Shown here: one piece after another, positions 21,623 to 29,949 of the stretch
How positions within the stretch are numbered: position 1 is the stretch's first letter
How the letters are laid out: each line of letters starts with the position of its first letter
NCBI GenBank assembly: GCA_040901985.1
Contig: JBBDYC010000004.1
Coordinates: forward strand, 1 to 51,525
DNA from: Gemmatimonadaceae bacterium
Lineage (GTDB): Bacteria; Gemmatimonadota; Gemmatimonadetes; Gemmatimonadales; Gemmatimonadaceae
DNA: 51,525 bases
Direction of reading: 5' to 3'
The notes under the pieces: generated by a model
What the model saw: the letters and a program-made list of their open reading frames with translations, nothing else
Databases searched by the model: none
Told to the model about the DNA's origin: nothing
Translations under genes and position numbers: made by a program

Positions 21623-22789
21623 TCAGCCCGTCGGTGGCGCGGCCGGTGGCGGAGTTCCGGCGTCGCCGTCGTTGCCGCCGCCGCTGCCGCCGCTGCCGCC
21701 CTCGCCACGTCCGCGGCGACCGCCGCGTCGCCCGCGCCGGCGCCCTCGTGGCCGCTGCTCGGACGCCGTCACTTCGCCACGCGGTAGCGCGTCCGACGCC
21801 TCGTCGCTCGCCGGGGGCGCGTCGGCGTCTTTCCGGTGGTCGGCCGGATCGTCGGCCGCCGCGGGGCGCTGCAGGACGACGAGTTCCCCGGCCACACCCC
21901 CGTCGGGCGCCGCCCCCTCGGCCGGCAGGACACCGTCGCCGAGTTCCTTGCGGAGTTGCGCCAGCGGGATCGTCCGCGTCTCGAGCGTCGCCGTACGCAG
22001 CGTCACCTGGTCGCGGAAGATGTCATTGCTGATCACCTTCTCCTCTCCCACTGCGGTCACCAGGATCTTTCCCTCCTTCGGGAATCGCTTGCGCGCCTGC
22101 ACGTAGAACTCGTGCTCGTGGCGGAGGCAGCACATCAGGCGGCCGCAGGTGCCGGAGATCTGCGCCGGGTTGAGCGTCGAGAGCCGCTGGTCCTTGGCCG
22201 AGCTCGACTTCACCGGGCGCAGCTCGGGGAGCCACGACGCCGAACAGAACTGGCGCCCGCACCGACCGACGCCGTCGAGGCGCTTGGCCTCGTCACGCAC
22301 GCCGATGTGCCACATATGCACGCGCGTCGAGAACCGGCGTTCCAGTTGCCGGACGAGCTGGCGGAAGTCCACTCGCTCCTCGGCCGTGAAGAAGCAGGTG
22401 AGCTTGCGGCGGTCCCACTGCCACTCGGTGTCGGAGACCTTGAGGTCGAGCTTCATCTCGCGGGCGAGCTCGATCGCCGCCTTGCGCACCGCGTGCTCGT
22501 CCACGCGGAGGCGGACGGCGCGGTCAATCTCGTTCTCGGTGGCAAGGCGGACCACGCGGGGGAGTTCGCTCGGCGACCCCTTGCCGTGGGTCGTGCCGGC
22601 CTTGCGCCGGGCGGCGAGTTCGCCGGTGGAGTGGATGCGGCCGAGGTCCTCGCCGCGCTCGACGGTGACGATCACCGCCGAGCGCGGCGGCGGCGGCGTC
22701 TCGCCGGTCCACGTGTAGAAGGCGCGCCGGTTCCCCTTGAACTCGACCTCTACGACGTGCGTGGCGATGGCGGTTGCGGTGGCGGTCAC
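21623..22789 (-). CDS. PSP1-domain protein (RicT/YaaT family)
   Basis: RVDFRQLV, IGVRDEA, GRCGRQFC, ISGTCGRLMCCL. Confidence 0.88.
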   Translation of the reverse strand: MTATATAIATHVVEVEFKGNRRAFYTWTGETPPPPRSAVIVTVERGEDLGRIHSTGELAARRKAGTTHGKGSPSELPRVVRLATENEIDRAVRLRVDEHAVRKAAIELAREMKLDLKVSDTEWQWDRRKLTCFFTAEERVDFRQLVRQLERRFSTRVHMWHIGVRDEAKRLDGVGRCGRQFCSASWLPELRPVKSSSAKDQRLSTLNPAQISGTCGRLMCCLRHEHEFYVQARKRFPKEGKILVTAVGEEKVISNDIFRDQVTLRTATLETRTIPLAQLRKELGDGVLPAEGAAPDGGVAGELVVLQRPAAADDPADHRKDADAPPASDEASDALPRGEVTASEQRPRGRRRGRRGGRRGRGEGGSGGSGGGNDGDAGTPPPAAPPTG

Positions 22790-23751
22790 TCCGCGAACGC
22801 GCCCATCTTGAGGTACTTCTCGCGCCGCCGGCGGACGAGCTTGTCGGGCTTCACGTTGCGCAGCTCGTCAATGTGCCGCAGCACCGCGTCGCGCACGGCC
22901 TGCGCGGCCACCGCGTGATTGGCGTGGGCGCCGCCCGGCGGTTCGGGGACGATCTCGTCGATCACCTTGAGGTCGAGGAGGTCGGTCGCGGTGATCTTGA
23001 GCGAGGCGGCGGCCTTCTCGCGCATTTCCGGGCTCTTGCCATCCTTCCAGAGGATTGCCGCACACCCTTCGACGGTAATCACCGAGTAGATCGAGTTCTC
23101 GAGCATCAGGATGCGGTCGGCGACGCAGAGCGCGAGCGCGCCGCCGGAGCCGCCTTCGCCAATCACCGTCGCCACGATCGGCACGGTGAGCAGGCTCATC
23201 TCGAAGAGGTTGCGGGCGATTGCCTCCGACTGCCCGCGCTCCTCGGCGCCAAGCCCCGCCCACGCGCCCGGCGTGTCAATGAACGTGATCACCGGGACGT
23301 GGAACTTCTCGGCGAGCTTCATCAGCCGGAGCGCCTTGCGGTACCCCTCGGGATGCGGCATCCCGAAGTTGCGGTGGAGGTTCTCCTTGGTGTCGCGACC
23401 GCGCTGGTGGCCGATCACCATCACCGTCTCGCCGTCGAGGCGCGCCCAGCCGCCGACGATGGACGGGTCGTCGCGGAAGGCGCGGTCGCCGTGGAGCTCG
23501 GTGAAGTCGGTAAAGGCGAGCCGGAGGTAGTCGAGCGTGAAGGGGCGACGGGCCGACCGCGCCACCTGGACGCGTTGGAGCGGCGTCAGGTTGCGGTAGA
23601 CGTCAACGCGCATCGCGCCCAGCTTCTCCTGCAACGGCGCAATCTGGCTGTCCACGTCGAGTTTTTGCTCCTCGGCGACGCGGCGGACCTCCTCGATCTG
23701 CTTTTCCAGCTCGGCCAGCGGCTTCTCGAATTCGAGTGCGGAGGTACCCAC
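22786..23751 (-). CDS. accA: Acetyl-CoA carboxylase carboxyltransferase alpha
   Basis: LEFEKP, RNFGMPHPEGYRKA, IGEGGSGGAL. Confidence 0.96.
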   Translation of the reverse strand: MGTSALEFEKPLAELEKQIEEVRRVAEEQKLDVDSQIAPLQEKLGAMRVDVYRNLTPLQRVQVARSARRPFTLDYLRLAFTDFTELHGDRAFRDDPSIVGGWARLDGETVMVIGHQRGRDTKENLHRNFGMPHPEGYRKALRLMKLAEKFHVPVITFIDTPGAWAGLGAEERGQSEAIARNLFEMSLLTVPIVATVIGEGGSGGALALCVADRILMLENSIYSVITVEGCAAILWKDGKSPEMREKAAASLKITATDLLDLKVIDEIVPEPPGGAHANHAVAAQAVRDAVLRHIDELRNVKPDKLVRRRREKYLKMGAFAE

Positions 23752-23753
23752 GG

Positions 23754-26700
23754 TCAACTCCCGCGCACAAGGCGCACCCGCTCGGCGCCGAGCAGGGAGC
23801 GGAGCTCCAGCAGGGCCGGGCCGGTGGTGGACAGCTTGAGGGAGTTCGAGCGCAACCGCGCCGGGCTCCCGTCCGGACCCCTCCAACGTAGCTCCAAGGG
23901 GGCCGATCCGGGATGGGCGTCTGCCACCGCCCGGATGTCCCGCATCACGTCCGTCGGGAGCCCCGCCTCGGCGTCGAGGTCGAGACTCACGGCAAACTGC
24001 CCGGAGGCCCGCAGCTCGGCCAGCCGGGTGAACGACTCGACGATGAAGGTCGGGTTGTCGGCGTCCTGGTCGCGCCGCGAGTAGCCGCCCTTGATCAGGA
24101 CGGGGACATCGGTCTGCACCCGGTCGCCGATCGCCGCCCACGCCTCCGGGAAGACGAGGATCTCGGCCGACCCCGCGAAGTCCTCGACCGTCAGCCGGGC
24201 GAACTCGGCGCCCGACTTCTTGCTGATCTGGCGCTTGACCGCCGTGACCACGCCGGCAATCGCCATCGGTTCCGGCGTCCAGGTCCCGAGTTGGGCCACC
24301 GAGTGCGTGGCGAGCAGTTCGCACTCGGCGCGGAACGGTTCGAGCGGGTGCCCGGAGATGTAGAAGCCGAGGATTGCCTTCTCCAACGTCAGACGCTCGC
24401 CCTCCGAGAGCTCCTTCACGTTGGGGAGCGTGGGCTGGAGCGGCGCCGCGGTCTCGGCCGTCACCGGGTCGCCGCCGAGTTCGCCGAAGAGCGAGCCCTG
24501 GCCGGTGGCGATCTCTGCCTGCGCCAGCGACGCCGACTGCATCGCGCCATCGAGCGCGGCGAGGAACTGCGCGCGATGGCCGGGAAGCCCGTCGAGCGCC
24601 CCGGCGTGGATGAGCGCCTCGAAGACGCGCTTGTTGCAGACGCGGAGGTCCACCCGCTCGCAGAGGTCGTAGAGCGAGGCGATCGGCCGTTCCGCGCGGG
24701 CGGCGATGATGGACTCGACCGCCGCGTGGCCGACGTTGCGGATGGCGCCGAGCCCGAACCGAATCCGGGTGTCGCTGACCACGGTGAACTTCCACCCGCT
24801 CTCGTTCACGTCGGGCGGGAGGATCTCGAGGCCGAGGTCTCGCGCCTCGTTGATGTACTTCACCACCGCGTCGGTGTCGCCGATCCCCGCCGAGAGGAGC
24901 GCGGCGAGGAACTCGGGCGCGTAGTGCGTCTTGAGGTACGCCGTGTGGTAGGAGAGGATCGAGTAGGCGACCGAGTGCGACTTGTTGAAGCCGTAGCGGC
25001 CGAAGGTCTCGATCTGCGCCGAGATCTCGGCGATGATGTGCTTGTCGAAGCCGCGCGCGATAGACTGCTCGACGAACTTGCCCAGCTCGCGGCGCATCAC
25101 CTCGGCGTCCTTCTTGCCGACCGCCTTGCGGAGCACGTCGGCCTCGGCGAGCGAGATGCCGGCGAGCCGCTGGGCGATCCGCATCACCTGTTCCTGGTAG
25201 GTGATGACCCCGTAGGTCGGGGCAAGGATCTCCTCGAGCTCGGGAAGCTGGTACGACACCGGCTCCTCGCCCTTCTTGCGGCGGCAATAGACCTTGTGCA
25301 TCCCCGCGTCGAGCGGACCGGGGCGCATCAGCGCATTCGAGGCGACGAGGTCGTCGAACCGGTCGGCGCGCATCGAGCGCAGCATATCGGTGGCGAGCGG
25401 GGACTCGAATTGGAAGACGCCGGCGGTGCGGCCGGCGCGAAGCTGGCGGTAGGTCGCCTCGTCATCAAGTGGGAGTGCGTCGAGGTCGAGGTCGAGCCCG
25501 CGGCGCGCCTTGAGCGCACGCAACGTGTCGCTGATGATCGTCAGCGTCGTCAGGCCGAGGAAGTCCATCTTGAGCATTCCGGCCTTCTCGAGCGCGTTCA
25601 TGTCGTACTGCGTGACCACGACGCGTTCCTCGTCGCCCGAGCCGGACCCCTTGGAGTCCTGCGTGCAGATCGGGACGTAGTCGTCGAGCGGCCCCGGCGC
25701 GATGACGATGCCCGCCGCGTGGACGCCGGCGTGGCGGGAAAGCCCCTCGAGCGAGATCGCGAAGTCGAAGAGCTGGGCGTGACGGTCGTCCTGCTCGTAG
25801 AGCTTCCGCACCTCGGGGACCTTCTCGATCGCCTCCTTCACCGTGAACGAGAAGTTCGCCGCGTTGGGAATCAGCTTGGCGATCGCGTCGGTCTCGGCGG
25901 GCGTGAAGCCGAGGACGCGGCCGACGTCCTTGATGCAGGCGCGCGACTTGAGCGTGCCGAAGGTGATGATCTGGCCGACCGAGGCACGGCCGTACTTCTC
26001 GCGCACGTACTCGATGACCTCGCCGCGGCGCTCCTCGCAGAAGTCCACGTCAATGTCGGGCATCGAGACGCGTTCCGGGTTGAGGAAGCGCTCGAAGAGG
26101 AGGTCGAACTTGAGCGGGCAGACGTTGGTGATGCCGAGCGCGTAGGCGACGAGCGAGCCGGCGGCCGAGCCGCGGCCGGGCCCGACCGGGATCCCGCGGT
26201 CGCGCGCGGCCTGGATGAAGTCCGCCGTGATGAGGAAGTAGCCGGCGTAGCCGGTGCGCGTGATGACGTCGAGCTCGAAGCGGAGCCGTTCCGCGGCGTC
26301 GTCAGGCAGCGGCGTGCCGTAGCGCCTCGCCGCGCCGGCCTCGGCGAGCTTCACCAGATGGTCGTTCTCGGTCCTCGCGCCCTTGGGGAGCGGGAAGGAG
26401 GGAAGGTGATACTTCCTCTCGAATCGCACGTCCACTGCATTGGCGATGGCGAGGGTGTTCTCGAGGACGTCCGGGCGGCCCGGGAAGTGCGCAGCGATCT
26501 CCGGCGCGCTCTTGAAGTAGAGCCCGCGGTCGTAGCGCAGCCGGTCGGCGTCGAGCCGGTCCTTCTTGAGCCCGATGCAGAGGAGGACGTCGTGCGCGGC
26601 GTGGTCCTCGCTGCGCAGGAAGTGGGCGTCGTTGGTGGCGACGACCGGGAGCGAGAGGTCCTTGGCGAGCCGGAAGATCTCGCGGTTGAGCCTGGCCTGC

Positions 26701-27245
26701 TCCCCGGCCTCGTGGGCCTGGACCTCGAGATAGTAGCGGTCGCGGAAGACGTCGGCGTACCAGGCGGCGGCGGCCCTTGCCTCGGCGTAGCGGTCCGCGA
26801 GGAGGTGCTGGGCCACCTCGCCGGCCATGCACGCGCTCGAGACGATCAGCCCCTCGTTGTGCCGCGCGAGAAGTTCGCGGTCGAGCCGCGGCTTGCCGTA
26901 GAAACCCTCGGTGTAGGAGAGCGAGGTGAGCTTGACGAGGTTGCGGTACCCGGTCAGGTCGCGGGCGAGGACGACGAGATGGAAGTAGTTCCGCTCGCCG
27001 GAGGTGGCCCGGCCACGCTGCCGTCGGTCGCCGGGCGCGACGTACGCCTCCATCCCGATGATCGGGCGGATCCCCGCGTCGCGGGCCTTTTCCTGGAACT
27101 CCCACGCGGCGTGGAGATTGCCGTGGTCCGTGATCGCCAGCGCCGGCTGCTCAAACTCCTGCGCCCGGGCGATCAGGTCGTCAATCCGGTTCGCCCCGTC
27201 GAGGAGCGAGTACTCGGAATGGCAGTGGAGGTGGACGAAGGACAT
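23754..27245 (-). CDS. dnaE: DNA polymerase III subunit alpha
   Basis: HLHCHSEYSLLDG, GPGRGSAAGS, ERVSMPDIDVDF, YGFNKSH. Confidence 0.97.
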   Translation of the reverse strand: MSFVHLHCHSEYSLLDGANRIDDLIARAQEFEQPALAITDHGNLHAAWEFQEKARDAGIRPIIGMEAYVAPGDRRQRGRATSGERNYFHLVVLARDLTGYRNLVKLTSLSYTEGFYGKPRLDRELLARHNEGLIVSSACMAGEVAQHLLADRYAEARAAAAWYADVFRDRYYLEVQAHEAGEQARLNREIFRLAKDLSLPVVATNDAHFLRSEDHAAHDVLLCIGLKKDRLDADRLRYDRGLYFKSAPEIAAHFPGRPDVLENTLAIANAVDVRFERKYHLPSFPLPKGARTENDHLVKLAEAGAARRYGTPLPDDAAERLRFELDVITRTGYAGYFLITADFIQAARDRGIPVGPGRGSAAGSLVAYALGITNVCPLKFDLLFERFLNPERVSMPDIDVDFCEERRGEVIEYVREKYGRASVGQIITFGTLKSRACIKDVGRVLGFTPAETDAIAKLIPNAANFSFTVKEAIEKVPEVRKLYEQDDRHAQLFDFAISLEGLSRHAGVHAAGIVIAPGPLDDYVPICTQDSKGSGSGDEERVVVTQYDMNALEKAGMLKMDFLGLTTLTIISDTLRALKARRGLDLDLDALPLDDEATYRQLRAGRTAGVFQFESPLATDMLRSMRADRFDDLVASNALMRPGPLDAGMHKVYCRRKKGEEPVSYQLPELEEILAPTYGVITYQEQVMRIAQRLAGISLAEADVLRKAVGKKDAEVMRRELGKFVEQSIARGFDKHIIAEISAQIETFGRYGFNKSHSVAYSILSYHTAYLKTHYAPEFLAALLSAGIGDTDAVVKYINEARDLGLEILPPDVNESGWKFTVVSDTRIRFGLGAIRNVGHAAVESIIAARAERPIASLYDLCERVDLRVCNKRVFEALIHAGALDGLPGHRAQFLAALDGAMQSASLAQAEIATGQGSLFGELGGDPVTAETAAPLQPTLPNVKELSEGERLTLEKAILGFYISGHPLEPFRAECELLATHSVAQLGTWTPEPMAIAGVVTAVKRQISKKSGAEFARLTVEDFAGSAEILVFPEAWAAIGDRVQTDVPVLIKGGYSRRDQDADNPTFIVESFTRLAELRASGQFAVSLDLDAEAGLPTDVMRDIRAVADAHPGSAPLELRWRGPDGSPARLRSNSLKLSTTGPALLELRSLLGAERVRLVRGS

Positions 27246-27334
27246 CGAGCTGTAAGGATAGCCATCGCGCGGGAGCGGTGCATCTTCCTACGATGCGTGC
27301 ACGGAGGGGAGGGCTCTTGACAGGTGGTGAGACC

Positions 27335-28387
27335 GTGAAGCGGGAGGGGCGGCGGCCCGGCGGGATCGGCCTGATCCTGCTCGGCCTCGCCGCCGGCGTG
27401 GTGGTCCTCACGGCGGCGACGCCGCTCGGCCGCTACCTCGTGCGCGCGGCGTGGGAGGAGGGGAAGATTCTCCGCGCCCGCGAGCCGATCGCGCGGCTGG
27501 TGGGTGACTCCACCGTGGACGCCGCGGTACGCGCCAAGCTGCAGCTCGTGCTGGAGGCGCGGCAGTTTGCCGTGGACTCGCTCGGGCTCCCGGCGGAGCA
27601 GGCGTTCACGCAGTACGCGCAGCTCGAGCGCGACACGCTCCTCCTCGTCCTTTCCGGCGCGCCCAGGGACGCACTCCGGCCCAAGCTCTGGTGGTTCCCG
27701 GTCGTCGGGCGGCTCCCCTACAAGGGCTTCTTCGACGTGGGCGAGGCGGAACGCGCGGAACGCGCGCTCGCGCGCGACGGGTACGACACCTACCTGCGGC
27801 CGGCGAGCGCCTTCAGCACGCTGGGGTGGTTCGCCGACCCCGTCCTGTCCACGACGCTGGCGGCGGACTCGGTGGATCTCGTGAACACGGTGATCCACGA
27901 GCTCACGCACAATCGGTACTTCGCCAAGGGCGACGCGGTCTTCAACGAGAGCTTCGCGAATTTCGTCGGGGCGCGCGGGGCGGAACGGTTCTTCCGTGCG
28001 CGCGGCGACACCGCGCGCGCGCAGGCATCGGTGGACCGCTGGGCGGATGACCGTGTGCTTGCGGCGTATTGGGCACGACTCTACCGGGGACTTGACTCGG
28101 CGTTTCGCCGGCTCCCGGGAGATTCCCTGAAGCCGCGCCGGCTGGCGGCGCGCGACTCGGCCTATGCGGAGGCGAGGCGAACACTCGTGGACTCGATCGC
28201 TCCGCAACTCAGGACCATCGCGCCGGCGTACGCCGAGCGCGTCCGGCTCGACAACGCGGCGCTCCTGGCGCGCCGGATCTACCTGACCGACCTGGAGAGG
28301 TTCGAGCAGGTCTATGACTCGGCTGGCCGTGACGTTCGGGCCGCTACCGATACGCTCATCGCGCGGCACCGAGCCGGGCGCCGGTGA
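27335..28387 (+). CDS. Putative zinc aminopeptidase (DUF2265-like)
   Basis: WWFPVVG, YKGFF, AFSTLGWFADP, IHELTH, FNESFA. Confidence 0.82.
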   Translation: MKREGRRPGGIGLILLGLAAGVVVLTAATPLGRYLVRAAWEEGKILRAREPIARLVGDSTVDAAVRAKLQLVLEARQFAVDSLGLPAEQAFTQYAQLERDTLLLVLSGAPRDALRPKLWWFPVVGRLPYKGFFDVGEAERAERALARDGYDTYLRPASAFSTLGWFADPVLSTTLAADSVDLVNTVIHELTHNRYFAKGDAVFNESFANFVGARGAERFFRARGDTARAQASVDRWADDRVLAAYWARLYRGLDSAFRRLPGDSLKPRRLAARDSAYAEARRTLVDSIAPQLRTIAPAYAERVRLDNAALLARRIYLTDLERFEQVYDSAGRDVRAATDTLIARHRAGRR

Positions 28388-28447
28388 GGGCTAGGCTGCC
28401 AATAATTTTGGCGTCCCGGAGTCGTACACTGAAGCGGAAGTCGCGTG

Positions 28448-28463
28448 ACCGTAGTTCTACGGT
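28448..28463. promoter_or_regulatory. Perfect 7-2-7 inverted repeat upstream of subtilase
   Basis: ACCGTAG-TT-CTACGGT. Confidence 0.5.
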
Positions 28464-28565
28464 ATTTCTGGCCGAACAATCGGGCGGTAGCATCGGCCGG
28501 CTCCGAACCTGCGATGCCCGGGGCGCCTGGGGTGCCCCGACCCCCTACCCAACGAGGTCTGACCG

Positions 28566-29756
28566 ATGCAGAAGCTCCTCCGATGGTCCGCGCCACTGGT
28601 CGTGTTGTGGGTCGCCGCGTGCGGCGAGACAGCTGTTTCGCCGGCCGCGCCGGCCGCGCCGACCGACGCCGTCGCCGACGCCCAAGCGAGCGATGTGGTG
28701 CCGGGGCAGTTCATCGTCACGTTCAACGACGGGGTAACCGACGTTCGCGGCCGCGCCGGCACGCTCGCTGCGCAACACGGGGCGACCACGCTCTACGTGT
28801 ACGAGCACGCCATCCGGGGATTCGCTGCGCAGATGAGCGACGGAGCCGCCGCGGCGATCCGTACGGACCCGAGCGTCTCGATGGTCGAACCCGACCGTCG
28901 GATGTACGCCATCACGACGCAGTCCAACGCGACCTGGGGCATCGACCGCATTGACCAGCGCGCGCTGCCGCTCTCGGGGACCTTCACCTACAACAACACC
29001 GGCTCGGGCGTCCGCGCGTACATCATTGACACCGGGATCCTGTACGGGCACACCGAGTTCGGCGGACGCGCGACCTTCGGGTTTGACACGTTCGGTGGTG
29101 ACGGGAGCGATTGCAACGGCCACGGCACGCACGTCGCCGGGACGACCGGCGGTGCCGTTTATGGCGTGGCGAAGAGCGTGGCGCTGGTCGCCGTGCGCGT
29201 CCTGAATTGCTCCGGCAGCGGGACGACCTCCGGCGTGATTGCCGGTGTGGACTGGGTCACGGCCAACGCCGTGAAGCCGGCCGTCGCCAATATGTCGCTC
29301 GGCGGGGGTGCCTCGACCTCGCTCGACAACGCGGTCCAGAACTCGATCGCAAGCGGCGTGGGCTACGCCGTGGCCGCCGGGAACGGGAATCGCGGCGGGC
29401 GGCAGGACGACGCGTGCAAGTACTCGCCGGCCCGGGTGCCGGAGGCAATGACCATCGGTGCGACCGACAAGACCGACACCAAGACGTCGTGGTCGAACTA
29501 CGGCAACTGCGTGGACTGGTTCGCGCCGGGCGCCGGCATCACGTCGGCGTGGTACACGAGCACCACCGCCACGAACACCATCAGCGGCACTTCGATGGCG
29601 GCCCCGCACACGGCCGGCGTCGCCGCGCTCTACCTGCAGTCGAACCCCGGCGCCAGCGCCCAGCAGGTCCGGGACGCGTTGTTCAACGAGACGACGAAGT
29701 CCATCGTGTTGAAGAGCAGCACAACGAACAACCATCTGTTGTTCACGGCCTATTGA
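28566..29756 (+). CDS. S8 subtilisin-like serine protease (aqualysin/proteinase K-like) lipoprotein
   Basis: VAAC lipobox, I9-like propeptide, catalytic IDTG, HGTH, GTSMA. Confidence 0.95.
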   Translation: MQKLLRWSAPLVVLWVAACGETAVSPAAPAAPTDAVADAQASDVVPGQFIVTFNDGVTDVRGRAGTLAAQHGATTLYVYEHAIRGFAAQMSDGAAAAIRTDPSVSMVEPDRRMYAITTQSNATWGIDRIDQRALPLSGTFTYNNTGSGVRAYIIDTGILYGHTEFGGRATFGFDTFGGDGSDCNGHGTHVAGTTGGAVYGVAKSVALVAVRVLNCSGSGTTSGVIAGVDWVTANAVKPAVANMSLGGGASTSLDNAVQNSIASGVGYAVAAGNGNRGGRQDDACKYSPARVPEAMTIGATDKTDTKTSWSNYGNCVDWFAPGAGITSAWYTSTTATNTISGTSMAAPHTAGVAALYLQSNPGASAQQVRDALFNETTKSIVLKSSTTNNHLLFTAY

Positions 29757-29769
29757 GGAAGTCGGCCAG

Positions 29770-29809
29770 CGAGAGAGGGGAGGGCGCTACGGCGTCCTCC
29801 CCTCTCTCG
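29770..29809 (+). terminator. 18-bp stem with UACG tetraloop after the protease gene
   Basis: cgagagaggggagggcgc-tacg-gcgtcctcccctctctcg (one G-U pair); weak U-tract. Confidence 0.65.
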
Positions 29810-29901
29810 TGCTTGGCAACCGTCGAAGCACTGGGGCGCATCGAGCGACCCGTAGAAATACGAATGAACTTGACGGGATTGAAAGCGGGAGCGAGATTAG
29901 A

Positions 29902-29916
29902 AGAGAATCATTCTCA
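29902..29916. promoter_or_regulatory. Fur-box-like palindrome
   Basis: aGAGAAT-C-ATTCTCa resembles 7-1-7 TGATAAT-N-ATTATCA; lies 35-50 nt upstream of a FecA-like receptor. Confidence 0.65.
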
Positions 29917-29949
29917 TCTAGTCCATCACCAATCAAGCCCACCTCCGAC

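Noticed and set aside
23752..25287. Apparent 833-aa AccA with long N-terminal extension
   Set aside because: The extension is an alternative frame inside dnaE; AccA homology starts at GTG 23751.
23754..27245. Intein in dnaE
   Set aside because: Length is normal and no splicing motifs were seen.
23913..27320. 1135-aa ORF antisense to dnaE, and other long antisense ORFs over metG, lpdA and uvrD
   Set aside because: Same antisense-frame artefact.
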